Shown here: positions 1-12,702 of the stretch, piece after piece | How the letters are laid out: each line of letters begins with the position of its first letter | How positions within the stretch are numbered: the first letter of the stretch is position 1 | Assembly (NCBI GenBank): GCA_000004695.1 | Contig: CM000150.2 | Span: 1,952,001-2,016,000, forward strand | From: Dictyostelium discoideum | Taxonomy: Eukaryota | Direction of reading: 5' to 3' | DNA length: 64,000 nt | Program-made: the position numbers and the translations under genes | Notes under the pieces: generated by a model | Databases searched by the model: none | What the model saw: only the letters and a program-made list of their open reading frames with translations | Told to the model about the DNA's origin: nothing

Positions 1-2340
1 TTGATGTAAGTGTGGAACGTTAACTGAGATAGTGCATATGTTTTTGCCATTATGAGTCTGCCCATATAGGTTGATGAAGTTGAGTTCCATGTTACTAGTT
101 TAGCTCTGATGTTGTCTGAGATTGTATTGATTTTGGATTTGATACCCTTATTGTTGAAGTCAAAGCCGAGGTACCTTTCGTTTGATTTTATGACGGTGTA
201 TAGCGTTCTGGTGTTCCATTTGAAAGTGATACACGAGCATTTGGTTTGGTTTATTTTTGCGCTGGTTGCTTGGCAAAACTTCTTGATCCATTCATTCATG
301 AGGAAATGGTCCATAAAGTTGTATGCTATTGTTGCTGTATCATCGGCGAACTGTAGTATTTTAATGGTTTCTTTGGTTACACCATTGATGCAGCGGTCAT
401 TTATTATAGTAGTTGCCATGCATTCAACCACTAATGCGAAGATAGTGGGAGAGATAGGATCACCTTGTTTGGTTCCTCTTTTTGATGTAAAGCTTTTAGA
501 TAATGAGTTATTGATGTACACTGATGTTTCTGATTCATTGAGTAAGTTCATTATTGTGAGGACCATTTTGAGTGGTAGTTTTAGATGTGCAAGAGTACGT
601 AGAATGGCGTTATGTGAGATTGAATCGAATGCTTTTTCAAAATCATAAAATGTTATGATTGGTTCCATATCCTCTTTTGTGTTAATCTCTCGTTTTATTA
701 TTTCTATTGTTGAGTTTAAGGTGATGATGTTATCGTGCAGTAGTCTTCTTGGTACGAATCCAGTTTGGAATGGTGAGATTATTTTGTTTAAGAACTTCAG
801 GATCCTATTGTTGATTATTTTCGAATAGATTTTGTAATCGACATTTAGAAGTGTTATTGGTCTATAGTTATCCAGGTTGTTTGGGTCTCCTTTGTTTTTA
901 TATATAGTAATCAATATCCCTTGTTTGAAGTCCTTTGGGATTGTTGTATTCCAGAAGTGATTGTATAGTTTTGATATTATTGGTAGAATTTCATTAATGT
1001 GGTTTTTGTAAAATGTTGGAAGGAGTCCATCTTTACCAGGTGCTTTTCCTTCTTGTATTTTTTCAATGCCTAGTCTGATTTCGTATTCTTCTATTGGTTG
1101 ATTAATTTCGTCCAATATCTTTTGATCAATCCTTTTATTGAATGTTTTTAGGAGTTCGTGGTGAGTGTCTTCGTTGCATTCTCTCTTCTGGTACAGGTTC
1201 TCGTAATATCTTCTTGCTACTTCGAGGATATCCTCGTTTTTTGTTACCAAACAATTGTTGCTTGGATCTAGAATTTGAGGGATTTCATTTGTCTTTCTTT
1301 GGACTTTTAACCTTCTGGTTAAGTATTTTGATGGTGTTTCTTTGTTGTTGATGTGGGTGTTGGTTTGGTTTGCTTGTTTTATTCTTACTTGTTCCTTTAG
1401 AATATTGTTGATCTCTTCTTTAAGGAAGATTGCTCTTGAATCTTTGGCTGTTTCGAGTTTTTCTGCGAGTTCTTTTAGTTTGTTTTTGGTTTTATTGCTT
1501 TCTCTAATTTCTATATTAATTGACAGTTTCTTTATTTCATCTTTTAGTTTCAACCATTGTTCGCAAATGTTTAATTTGTACCATTTGCTGGTGTTCTCTT
1601 CGAATTTTTTATTGTAGTATTTAATTGTTTTATTAATTTTGAGGCTGGTTGAATTCATTTTGAGAGTTTCTAGGTTTTGTCTCCATAGTCTTTCTCCTTT
1701 CTTTTGTTGCTCGTATTCTGGTATTTTTAATTCAATGATTACCATGTTGTGATCAGATTTTAATTTGATTTCCTTAGTAGTAACTATTGGGTTTAGATGG
1801 AGTATCTTCTTTGAGACAAAGACCCTATCGATGGTTGATTTGTTTCTTGGAAATGTGATTCCATTCTTAATTTCTGTAAATTCGAATTCGTCGAAGATTG
1901 TTTTAATATATTTGTTAAGGTTATTATCCACTGAACAGTCTACATTGAAGTCTCCAGTTATAATATCGCTGTGTAGTATTTCTTCTGTGAGATTTTCCTT
2001 ATACCATTCATGTCTTTCGTTTGACTTTGCTGGGGCATAAATGGTTGTGCATTTGATCTGTGTTTTTGCAATCATCCATTCGGAAGATATAATTCTTTCG
2101 TTTATTGTTTTTGTTGTTGTTTTTATTTGGGTGTTGATGATGATTTGTGACACCCCTTGTCCTGTTTTATCAATTGGTGCGTGGTGTGTTATTTTGTTTT
2201 TATATTGTTGATTTATTGAGTAAATTTTATTTGTTTTTATATTTGTTTCAGTTAGAAGTGCTGCGTCCAGCTTGTTGTTGTCTAATACGGTGTTTATTAT
2301 GCTGGCAGATTGGATGGTGTTGGATCCTTGGACGTTCCAA
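1..2340 (-). CDS. TRE5-A-like ORF2 (AP-endonuclease + reverse transcriptase), 3' part outside the window.
   Basis: A hand translation of the reverse complement gives ...DYKIYSKIINNRILKFL..QTGFVPRRLLHDNII...KQGDPISPTIFALVVE...ILQFADDTATIA..., which carries RT motifs. There is no stop before the window edge. Confidence 0.65.
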
Positions 2341-2365
2341 ACACCTATTCTTATTGTGTTTTTCT

Positions 2366-3700
2366 TTATAGTTTTATTTGGGGTAGATTTTTATCTACCT
2401 TTTGAAGTTTCTGGTTTATTTTGTCTTCTAACTGATCTTTACTTTGTTCGTTGTGTTGTTGGTCTTGTGTGTTTGTGGGGTTTTTTGATTTACTGATTTG
2501 TTTTAGAATTTCCTTGTTGAAGTTGTCTATATCTTCATCCATTTTTGTTTTTATGCTTTTTTGTCCATATTCACCCAATTTTGGTTTGACTGGTGTTTTG
2601 TTGGTCCTGTTTGTTTTGTCTTGTTGTTTGTTTTTTGGTGTGTTTAACAATTTACTTGGTGAATCGATAATTTTCGATGGTGTACCATAGGTTGGGCTGA
2701 AACTCATGATATGTTTTATTGGAGAGGAGAAGAACCATTGATTTGAAGGGATTGAAAGTGGGAATTCTATTTTTCTTATTGCATCAGTGTTTGGGCTGGT
2801 GAAGTCGAAGATATCATTTACCTCTCTAAGTTTTTCTTCCGTTGTTAGTCTCTTTGTTTCGCCGTGTTGTTTTATTGGTGTATTGTATGGAGATGGTGGT
2901 TCAATAGGTTTTTCTGATTTTGTTTTAATTTCTTGATTGTTTATCGATTGGGTATTGATCTCATTCTCTATTCTTGTTAGTTCATCTACGTTTTCTAGTG
3001 ATGCATCTATTACCTTTTGAGCTGTATCATCTAGGGCCATAAATGTTTTATCATTAGATGAGGAGGTGATTGGTGGGATAATGATTGTTCTTTTTCCTTG
3101 TTTTGGTATTTGTTCTGATGTAGATTGTGGTTGTTGTTCATCTGATTGTTTTTTATTTTTGTTTTCTTCTTGATTTTCTGGTAATGAGGTTTGATCTCTC
3201 CATCCTTTGTTGGAGTGACCAATTAATGTTAGATTGTCTAGTTCAATGATAGTATCATATTCTTCTACGACTCTTTTCACTGTTTTGATAATTAGAGTTT
3301 CGCCTTTAATTTCAGATTTAATTAGTTTACATCCTTCATTTTCTATTACCCATTCTATTTCTGTGAGTGATTTATACCAATCGAAATCCGTATACATATT
3401 TTTTGGTCTTAGAGTGGTTATAAATTGTCCTTTTAATTCTGCATCGAACATATTTACAAAATAGATTACTGTACTAATACTGTCTGTGAGAATTTTGAAT
3501 GTATTATTACTTTTGATTAAAACATCTTTTTTGTCCAAACTTTTTTCTAAATCTTTTTTTATTTTATCGTCTGGTTCGTGATTGATGTTTATGACGTATT
3601 TGAATTGTTTTTTTTTTAATTGAGTTTTATCCACAATTTCGCTTATTTTTTGTAGGCATTTGTGTTGCTTAATATTTGTGGTGTTGTTTGTGATTTTCAT
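2366..3700 (-). CDS. TRE5-A-like ORF1 protein (444 aa).
   Basis: The ORF track lists a complete 444-aa ORF. Fragments of the same N-terminal sequence recur at 45090-45135 and 50000-50160. Confidence 0.75.
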   Translation of the reverse strand: MKITNNTTNIKQHKCLQKISEIVDKTQLKKKQFKYVININHEPDDKIKKDLEKSLDKKDVLIKSNNTFKILTDSISTVIYFVNMFDAELKGQFITTLRPKNMYTDFDWYKSLTEIEWVIENEGCKLIKSEIKGETLIIKTVKRVVEEYDTIIELDNLTLIGHSNKGWRDQTSLPENQEENKNKKQSDEQQPQSTSEQIPKQGKRTIIIPPITSSSNDKTFMALDDTAQKVIDASLENVDELTRIENEINTQSINNQEIKTKSEKPIEPPSPYNTPIKQHGETKRLTTEEKLREVNDIFDFTSPNTDAIRKIEFPLSIPSNQWFFSSPIKHIMSFSPTYGTPSKIIDSPSKLLNTPKNKQQDKTNRTNKTPVKPKLGEYGQKSIKTKMDEDIDNFNKEILKQISKSKNPTNTQDQQHNEQSKDQLEDKINQKLQKVDKNLPQIKL

Positions 3701-3775
3701 TTTATTTTCTTTCTATTTTTTATATTTTTCTTTAAAAAGTTAAAAATCTGGAAATTTTCTGATTAACTTGGTTCC

Positions 3776-3830
<55 letters not shown>

Positions 3831-3833
<3 letters not shown>

Positions 3834-4698
3834 TCTTTTTTATATGAAAAATGAAATAATCAAAAAAAGAGATTGTTGTTGTTGTTTGTTTTTTTTCGAT
3901 CTGATTATTTTTTGCTTTTTTTTGAAAATTTTGCTACGCAAAATTCTCAAAACGAAACAAATAATAAATTACAATAAAGTAAAAAGATGGCTTTTTAAGA
4001 TAGTTTATTTATTTATTTATTTGTTTTTTAAGTCTTTTTTATATGAAAAATGAAATAATCAAAAAAAGAGATTGTTGTTGTTGTTTGTTTTTTTTCGATC
4101 TGATTATTTTTTGCTTTTTTTTGAAAATTTTGCTACGCAAAATTCTCAAAACGAAACAAATAATAAATTACAATAAAGTAAAAAGATGGCTTTTTAAGAT
4201 AGTTTATTTATTTATTTATTTGTTTTTTAAGTCTTTTTTATATGAAAAATGAAATAATCAAAAAAAGAGATTGTTGTTGTTGTTTGTTTTTTTTCGATCT
4301 GATTATTTTTTGCTTTTTTTTGAAAATTTTGCTACGCAAAATTCTCAAAACGAAACAAATAATAAATTACAATAAAGTAAAAAGATGGCTTTTTAAGATA
4401 GTTTATTTATTTATTTATTTGTTTTTTAAGTCTTTTTTATATGAAAAATGAAATAATCAAAAAAAGAGATTGTTGTTGTTGTTTGTTTTTTTTCGATCTG
4501 ATTATTTTTTGCTTTTTTTTGAAAATTTTGCTACGCAAAATTCTCAAAACGAAACAAATAATAAATTACAATAAAGTAAAAAGATGGCTTTTTAAGATAG
4601 TTTATTTATTTATTTATTTGTTTTTTAAGTCTTTTTTATATGAAAAATGAAATAATCAAAAAAAGAGATTGTTGTTGTTGTTTGTTTTTTTTCGATCT
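3831..4698. repeat. Tandem array of 4.36 copies of a 199-bp unit. Copies start at 3831, 4030, 4229, 4428 and 4627. They are the 5' A-module-like repeats of the TRE5-A-like element.
   Basis: The exact 199-bp periodicity is visible directly. The ORF track shows four identical 69-aa artefact ORFs at 199-bp spacing. Confidence 0.9.
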
Positions 4699-4749
4699 TA
4701 AAAATTTTAAAAATGGATAGGAGCAAAAAAACGAAATTTCATCAAAAAT

Positions 4750-4822
4750 GCCTGGATGGCTCAGTAGGCAGAGCGAGCGGCTGTTAACCGCTAGGTCCAT
4801 GGTTCGATCCCATGTCTAGGCG
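4750..4822 (+). tRNA. tRNA-Asn (anticodon GTT).
   Basis: Cloverleaf: acceptor GCCTGGA/TCTAGGC, D-arm TGGCTCAGTAGG, anticodon stem AGCGG/CCGCT with loop CTGTTAA, T-arm CATGG TTCGATC CCATG. It is 73 nt and identical to the copy at 18455. Confidence 0.9.
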
Positions 4823-4849
4823 AATTTTTATACTTCCCTTCATATGTCA

Positions 4850-4864
4850 CAGGTTCGATTCTCT
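4850..4864 (+). promoter_or_regulatory. External B-box-like motif (GGTTCGATTCTC), ~31 bp downstream of tRNA-Asn.
   Basis: GGTTCGANTCC-like consensus. The same motif lies downstream of the second tRNA-Asn, beyond the TRE3 insertion, at ~23897. Confidence 0.5.
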
Positions 4865-5161
4865 TTAATTATGGTTTAAATCTCCAAAAAGATTGGAAAG
4901 GATGTCATTTGTTAAAATGGTACACAAAAAATTTCAAAACAATATAACTACTATCGCCCAATTTCGTTTAATAGCTAAACTTAATTTATTAATATAAAAA
5001 AAAAATTTGACTCAAATTTTATATTTAAAAAAAAAAAAAACAAATAATTTAAAATTTCTTTGGATGTATATTTTTTTATTGATTTACATAAATATAAACT
5101 ATAGAATAAACAGTGATTCAATATTAAAAAATATATATATACTATTATAATTTATTACTAT

Positions 5162-6072
5162 TTATGCTAATCTTTCAATAATATGAACACCTGAATCAGT
5201 ATCTACAATGCCACTAACTTCACCAACTTTTAAAGAAAATCTAAAGTTTTAAAATAATAATAAAGTATATTAATAATTAATTTATTATTATTAAAAATGA
5301 TTTTGATAATCAATGTTAATTTTATGATTATTGAAAAAACTTACGCGCAATCTTCAAAAGGTCTTTGCATTTGGCCTCTTTTGAATGGATCAAGATAGCC
5401 ACCTCTTTTAGCACTGCTACAATCTGAATTTTTATGAGCTAAATCTTCAAATGTGGCAGAACCAGATATAATTGTTGCTCTATATTCATTAAGTTTAGCG
5501 ATTGCTCTTTCTTTGGTTCTTGTAATTTTAGATTCCCTCCAAGATGATGGATTTCTTGAACCTTGATGTTTAACTAAAAGATGACGGCAAGTGACTGTTT
5601 TTGGTTCTGATGATGATGATGATGATGATGATGAAGAAGATGATGGATTTGTATTTACAGTGCCTTTTAATATAAAATGTTTTGATGATGAACCAAATTT
5701 AAAAGTGAAGTTTTCTTTAACAGTTGTTGGAGTTAATGGTTTAACTTGTTCATCATTAACTTGAGTGCCAGTTGCAGATTGTAAATCAATTAAATAGAAT
5801 CTATTATTTGCACCATGATATACCAATGCAGCATGTCTTCTTGATACTGATGGATGATCTAATAAAACTGACGCAACTTCACTACTTCTACCAAATACTG
5901 TGAATTTATCTTTACTAATATCAACTCTATCTATATTCACACCATTCTTTATAATCTCTAAATAAACATTTGATATTGGTTTTGATGCCCATTCTGGACA
6001 TTTAAATGGTGGTATTGGTTCATTTTCATCTTCTCTAATTTCATTATTATTATTATTATTATTATCGCCCAT
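5162..6072 (-). CDS. FHA-domain + Pin1-type parvulin PPIase, possibly the Dictyostelium PinA-type protein. Two exons: 5345..6072 and 5162..5240. The intron is 5241..5344 (GTAAGT...TAG).
   Basis: The FHA signature is FGRSSEVASVLLDHPSVSRRHAALVYH. The parvulin core is HLLVKHQGSRNPSSWRE...SDCSSAKRGGYLDPFKRGQMQRPFED. The second exon, FSLKVGEVSGIVDTDSGVHIIERLA*, completes the Pin1 C-terminus. Exon phases are consistent, giving 268 aa. Confidence 0.8.
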
Positions 6073-6412
6073 TCTTTCTTTTTTTTTTTTTTTTTAAATA
6101 CAAGTGTGTTGATGTAATTTTTATTTTTTTTTTTTTTTTTTTTTGAATTTGAAATTTTTTTTTTTAATCCAAAAAAAAAAAAAAAATAAAAACAAAAAAA
6201 AAATAAAATAAAAAAAAAAAAAAATAACCACTTTTAGTATTTTAATATAAAATGAATAATTTCAAGAATGAAAAAATAATATTTAGTAAATATTTATTAA
6301 AAAATTAAAATATCAAAATAAATTTTTTTTTTTGAAAATTGAGGAGCCCAAAAATAGGAAATGTTTTATGATTCTTTGAAAATAAAATTGGAAATATTTT
6401 TCAAAAATTTAG

Positions 6413-6444
<32 letters not shown>

Positions 6445-6534
6445 CAATTAACAATTTTTTTTTTTTATTTTTTTCTTCTTTTTTTTTTTTTTTAACCCTT
6501 TATTTTTTTTATTTTCCAACAAATACAATTTTAA

Positions 6535-7583
6535 ATGATTGAAAAAACAATGACAAATATTAGTGATGAATGGGTTAGTTTAAATGTTGGGGGTAAGATT
6601 TTTGATACAACTATATCAACATTAACCATTTGTAAAGATTCAGTATTATATAAAATGTTTAAGAGAGAAGACTCTGATAGTTTTACAATGGATTTGGGTA
6701 AACCACAAATTCAAGCCTCAAGAAAAGATAAGAATGGTGCCTATTTAATTGACAGAGATCCAATTTATTTTAGATGTATTTTAAATTATTTAAGAACTCA
6801 ACCAACCAATGCAAAAGATTTAATAATTGATGATAATGTATCATTAAAAGGAATAAGAGAAGAAGCAAATTTTTTTCAATTGGATCATTTGGTTGATTTA
6901 ATTAATACACTTTTAACAAGGGTATCGGATTTCACTAGAAAAGATATACTACTCAATAGACAATCAATTAAATTGACAAAGAGGAAACTATATGATTTGG
7001 ATCTACAAGGCATCGATTTCCAAAAGGAGAATTTCAGCTATAGTATCATTTCAAATTGTAATTTCAATGGCTCACAAGTTAGCAAATCCCATTTCTTGCA
7101 TGTGGTGGGCGACAATTGTACTTTCATTAAAGCATCTGTTGACAATACCAATTTCTCAAGTTCCGATTTATGTGGTTCAAATTTTACTGATTCCGATTTG
7201 GGTCATTCAAGTTTCAATAATTGTAATCTCATTGGGTCAATATTTGACCAATCCAATTGTGTTGGTGCTCTATTTCAACGTGCTATCATTAAGAATGCCT
7301 CATTTAAGAATTCAAATCTCGAGCATGCAAAATTCCAAAAGGCAATCCTAAAGAATAGTGATTTCACAAATGCTCAAATTCAAAATTGTCATTTCACCTC
7401 TGCCGATATTCGTGGTTGTAAATTCGATTGGAAAAATATCTCTTTTGGTCTCTTTAAGAAAGCAAAAGTCACTCAACAACAATATGATGATATACCTCTC
7501 TCAAATAAACATTTATTAGGTTTTAAAATTATTGATAGTCAAGAATATATTGAAAAAATGAATAGAAAAAATAAAAATAATAA

Positions 7584-7614
<31 letters not shown>

Positions 7615-7668
7615 AATGAACAAATTAATAATAATAATAACAATAATTCTGTAAATTTAAATAATAAA

Positions 7669-7712
<44 letters not shown>

Positions 7713-7726
7713 ACAAATAAACAATA

Positions 7727-7757
<31 letters not shown>

Positions 7758-7767
7758 TGAACAAATA

Positions 7768-7802
<35 letters not shown>

Positions 7803-7881
7803 TAGTAATAATAATAATAGTAATAGTAATAATAACAATAGTAATAATAATAATGAACAAATAAATAATAATGAACAAATA

Positions 7882-7944
<63 letters not shown>

Positions 7945-7956
7945 TCTATAAATTTA

Positions 7957-7989
<33 letters not shown>

Positions 7990-8037
7990 TCTGTAAATTT
8001 AAATAATAATAATAATAAAGATATTATAAATAATTAG
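6535..8037 (+). CDS. KCTD9-like protein: BTB/T1 domain + pentapeptide repeats + long poly-Asn tail (500 aa).
   Basis: The N-terminal LNVGGKIF...YLIDRDPIYFRCILNYLR is a BTB/K-tetramerisation fold. It is followed by ~20 consecutive pentapeptide-repeat units (NFSYS, NCNFN, ...). The tail is >200 residues of N-rich low complexity. Confidence 0.8.
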
Positions 8038-8617
8038 TTTATCAAATAAAGTTATAAGATAAACATAATTAAACTCTTTTTTATTTTATTTTAAATCATA
8101 TTTTGTTTGTTCAACAAGAAATGGTGAAATATTATATTTTCTAGTTATATGTGCTGATAAATGATTTCTTTAAATTATGTGCCACAGTGATAGATGGTTC
8201 TAGTAGGATACTTTTAATTTTGAATGTATTTCCATTCGTTACAGCCAACGTGTTGTGTATCAATTCTTCACCACCATATATTTTCCTATGTGAAATTGGT
8301 GAGCATTTATATTTTAATGAAGCTTTGACCAAAATTTTCTTTACATGTTCATATTCTTCCCAACCTTTTATATATATTTGGGTTGGTTCCTATTTGTTTT
8401 TGTTTTTTTTAGCAATAATTGAAATGCAGGGTCGTGGATTTGTTTTAAAATCTGATAATTCTTTTTGATATCTTTTTGTATGGCGAGATGTAATTTGGTT
8501 TTATTTTTCTTTTTATTTTTTTTTTTTTTTTTTTTTTTTTCCATATGTTTGTTTTATGTTTTTTTTTTTTTAATTTTTTTTTTTTTTTTTATATATATAA
8601 TTATTATTATATTACTA

Positions 8618-8667
<50 letters not shown>

Positions 8668-8994
8668 CTTTCTTTATTTGTTTAGTTTAACAAAAATATG
8701 CGAATATATAAAATACTGTAAAAATTATATTAAAAATAATTTATTTTTATTTTATTTTTTTTATTTTTATTTTATTTTTTTTTATTTTTTTTTTTTCAAT
8801 TTTTTAGGTGCCTACCCAAAGAATTGTGAGTTTTTTTTTTTTTTTTTTTTTTTTTGTTTTAATTAGTGCTGACCTAAAAAAATAAAAAAAATTATCTTTC
8901 AGTGTTTTATATATTTGCATATTTTCGTTAAAATAACTAAATAAAAAAAATATATAATATAATAATTATATAATAACATATAATAATAATTACA

Positions 8995-9030
<36 letters not shown>

Positions 9031-9101
9031 AAAAAAGAAAAAACATAAACACACAAAAAATAAAAATTATTTAAAGAAAATAATAAGAAAAATAAAATAA
9101 A

Positions 9102-9834
9102 ATGACATCTCGTTATGCAAAAAGACTTCAAAAAGAATTATTAGATTTAAAAACAAATCCGCCACCCTGCATTTCAATTACTGAAGGTGATAATTTAGAT
9201 AAATGGGTCATAGCTGTGGATGGAACAGAGGGTTCAATTTATCAAGGAGAACATTTCAAATTACAATTTAAATTCTCTTCTGGTTATCCATTAGATTCAC
9301 CAGGTAAGTTTAATTAATATCATTTATATATATATATATGATAACTTTATATGACCAATTATAATTATATTAATAATAATAATAATTTGGAATATTATAA
9401 TAGAGGTAATTTTCATTGGAACACCACCAATTCACCCACATATTTATAGCAATGGTCACATTTGTTTATCGATTTGTAAGTTTTAAATATTAATAGTGTA
9501 GCAGTAATAGTAGTAGTAGTAATAGTAGGTAATGGTATTAATATTTTATTTATCTTCATTCTCCCTTTATTTTTTAGTATATGATAATTGGAGTCCAGCT
9601 TTAACTGTTTCATCAGTTTGTTTAAGTATTTTGAGTATGTTAAGTGGTTGCACTGAAAAGGTATGTTTTTAATATTAATTAATATTATTAATGCAGGTCA
9701 CTCAACACAATCTAACAATACATTTTTACTTTTTTTTTTAGATTCGTCCAACTGATGATTCAAAATATGTTTCAAGAGTATTAAATAAAAGTCCAAAAGA
9801 AGTTAGATGGATGTTCCATGATGATACAGTATAA
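9102..9834 (+). CDS. Ubiquitin-conjugating enzyme E2 W (UBE2W)-like. Four exons: 9102..9303, 9404..9475, 9578..9660, 9742..9834.
   Basis: The spliced product ...[85 protein letters not shown] is collinear with human UBE2W ([12 protein letters not shown] active-site region). All donors are GTAAGT/GTATGT, phases are consistent, and the protein is 149 aa. Confidence 0.85.
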
Positions 9835-9894
9835 AAGAAAAAAAGAAAATAATAATAAAAAAAAAAAAAAAAAAAAATGCAAACTAAAGAAAAT

Positions 9895-9932
<38 letters not shown>

Positions 9933-11312
9933 GTCAACAATACCGAGTAGTAACAAAATAAGAATTTCTTAGTTTGCATTAAAAAAAAAAAAAAAAAAAA
10001 AAAAAGAAAAAAAAGAAAAGAATATTGTAACGGTATCTTCACTCTGATATATATTGTATTTTTATATATTATAATAAATATATTTTGTAAATCTTATACA
10101 AAAAAAAAAAAAAAATAAAAAAAAATAAAAAAAAAAAAATAAAAAAATAAAAAAAAAAAAGATTATTTAAATTCGTATCTCTTACTTTTTTCAGAATATT
10201 CTACTTTTTTTTTGGGAAAAAACAAAAAATTAAAGAAAAAAAAAAAAAAACAGAAGAAAATTTGGACTTGGTTTTAGTTTTCTTTTGGTATTTGATTTTT
10301 TTTTTTTTTGTGTTTTTTTTTTTGGGCAAAAAAAAAAAAGAAAATTAAAAAATAAAAAAAACTTAAGTTTTTGGTTTTTTTTTTTTTTTTTTTTATCCCA
10401 CAATTATAAATTTTTCAGTGTGTAATTTTATAAATTTTTTTAATCACTCAAACAATTCGTATTTTATAATGGACAAAATTTTTCGGTCAAACCCTGATTC
10501 TCTATTGATCCTAATTCATGGTTTAACATTTTTGTCCAAGAAAAGAGTAGGATTTTGCACGTTTGATTTTAAAACCACTTTTATAATCAGAATTGGCAAT
10601 TTGTTACTACATCTCACCAAACTTATAATTAATTTAAAGAAAAAAAAATAAAATAAAAACGAAATTATTTAAAAAATAATAAAAAAACGAAACTGTTTTA
10701 AAAATTAAATAAAATAATTTTAAATCATTCTAATTATAATAATTGTTATTTATTTTTTATTTCTATTTTATTTTTATTTTTATTTTTATTTTTATATATA
10801 TATTTATAAATAATAATAATAGATAAAAGTGATAAAATAAATTTAAAAAAAAATTGGTGAAAGGATAAAAAAAAAAAAAAATAGAATGAAATTAGAAAAA
10901 ATATTAAATTTTCTGTTGCTTTTTCTTTTAATTTTATTTAGTGATTGGTATATATTTTATTTTTTTTTATTTTTTATTTTTTATTTTTTTTTTCGAGTGT
11001 CAAACGAGATGTTGGATTGGACAAAAAAAAATTTATTTTTTTAAGATTTTTACCAGGCACCTTTCACAAAAAATTAAATTTAGATAATTATTAATTAAAA
11101 TAAAAAATAAAAAAAAAAATAAATAAAAAAAAAAAAATAAAAAAAAAAAAAAAAATAAAAAAAATAAAAAAGTTTTTTTTTTTTTTTTTTTTTTTTCATT
11201 TATTTTTTTTTTTTTTCTTTGATCTAATTATTGTAACTGATCTCCGTTATAATTTGTGATATTTTCATAAATAGTTTATTATATATAATAATAGAAAATA
11301 ATAATAATAATA

Positions 11313-11354
<42 letters not shown>

Positions 11355-11367
11355 TAATAAATAAATA

Positions 11368-12036
11368 ATGGAGGAAGAGGAGAATCAAGGTCTCCTTCAA
11401 AATGATAATAGTACCAATTTTAGTGATCAAGATAAACATTATAGTTCAAATATAAATGAAAAATATTATTATTATGATGAAAATACACCAATAAAACAAA
11501 ATGGCTTTTGGGGTAAACCAAAAGTTAAAGTTTTTGTTTATCATTTTTTATTCGTTTTCTTATCAATAGTTTATTTATCTGTATGGTATTAATATATATA
11601 TCATGAAAAAGAATAATAATAATAAAAAAAAAAAAAAAAAAAAAAACTTACTCTTTTTTTTTTATATTAGATATCAGTAGGTTTACCATACTTAAACAAA
11701 GCAATTTTAAGTTCAGAGTATCAATTTCCACTTACATCAAGTTTATTTCAAACAATGGGTGCAATAGTTATATTATTAATTTTTAATTTAGCTCAATATC
11801 GTTATCAAAGTGGTGATTTGGTTCAAAAGAGTTATTTCTTTGATAAGAATTTTATTAAAAAAAGGTAATAATCGATACACACATTTTTTTAGTTTTTTTT
11901 TTAGTTTTTTTTTTTATTCAGTTAAAATGTAATGATGAAGAATTATAGAAATGATGACAATTATCATACTCAAAAAAAAAAAAAAAAAAAAAAAAAAGAA
12001 AATCACGCGAATAGAGGGAAAAAAAGGATAAAAAAG

Positions 12037-12068
<32 letters not shown>

Positions 12069-12671
12069 AATTAATATAGTAAAAAGATAGTGGTGTTATT
12101 TTAGGAAATATTAAATATAACACTTGAAACTCAAACTCAATTTCTTGTTATAATTATCTATTCAGGTGCAAATAAGTCAAAGATTATGATTATATTTGTG
12201 TATATATAGAAAAACATTTTCAATTATTTCAATTAAATAAGAATTCTTATTATAACTCTTCCACACTTTTTTTTTTCTTTTTTTATTTTATTTTTTTATT
12301 TTTTCTTCCCAACACTTTTCTCTTTCTTTTTATTTGCATCCTTTTTTTATTTTTTTTTTATTTTTATTTTCTAAACATTTTATTATGTTTTCAATTTATT
12401 TTATTTATATATTTACTCTTTTAAAAAAAAAAAAAAGAAAAAAAAAAAAAAAACTACTAACCATATATTATTTCTAATTTAGTTATATTATGATACCAGT
12501 TTCAATTTGTTTTGCAGCTGTTATGATATTGACAAATGTTGGTATTCAAAAAATTCCAGTTGATTACCATGTTGTTTTTAAATCAACAAATGTTTGTATT
12601 CTTTTTTATTTTTTATTTAAACACTTTTTTTTTTTTTTTTTTTTTATGGGTTTATAGTTTAAATTAATTAA

Positions 12672-12702
<31 letters not shown>

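Larger units (their letters stand above)
1..4698 (-). mobile_element. TRE5-A-like (DRE) non-LTR retrotransposon, truncated by the window start. Layout: ORF2 (<1..~2340), ORF1 (2366..3700), 5' UTR, poly(A) (= plus poly-T 3781-3830), 4.4 tandem 199-bp 5' modules. The 5' end lies ~51 bp upstream of tRNA-Asn.
   Basis: The minus-strand translation of 1-2340 shows RT motifs (QTGFVP, GDPISP, FADD) and an endonuclease C-terminus. ORF1 is 444 aa. The element ends at 4698, head-to-head with the tRNA at 4750; the 51-bp spacing matches the TRE5 targeting rule. The tandem 199-bp A-module-like units are typical of TRE5-A 5' ends. Confidence 0.8.

Noticed and set aside
109-2496. Plus-strand ORFs (109..648, 1142..1351, 1342..1617, 1765..2040, 2147..2371, 2272..2496).
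   Set aside because: They are antisense to the TRE5-A ORF2/ORF1 coding strand. Composition and motifs are coherent only on the minus strand.
3844-4650. Four identical 69-aa ORFs (MKNEIIKKRDCCCC...).
   Set aside because: They are artefacts of the 199-bp tandem repeat. The reading frame is low-complexity poly-F/K and is reset each unit.
3831-4698. Regularly spaced direct repeats that might be taken for a CRISPR-like array.
   Set aside because: This is a eukaryotic genome. The units are 199 bp and identical, with no spacers. They are retrotransposon 5' modules.
7539-7878. Poly-Leu / poly-Ile ORFs on the minus strand.
   Set aside because: They are antisense translation of the (AAT)n poly-Asn tail of the KCTD9-like gene.
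8465-9131. ORFs 8465..8866 (+) and 8937..9131 (-) rich in Phe.
   Set aside because: They are translations of intergenic poly-T/poly-A tracts.
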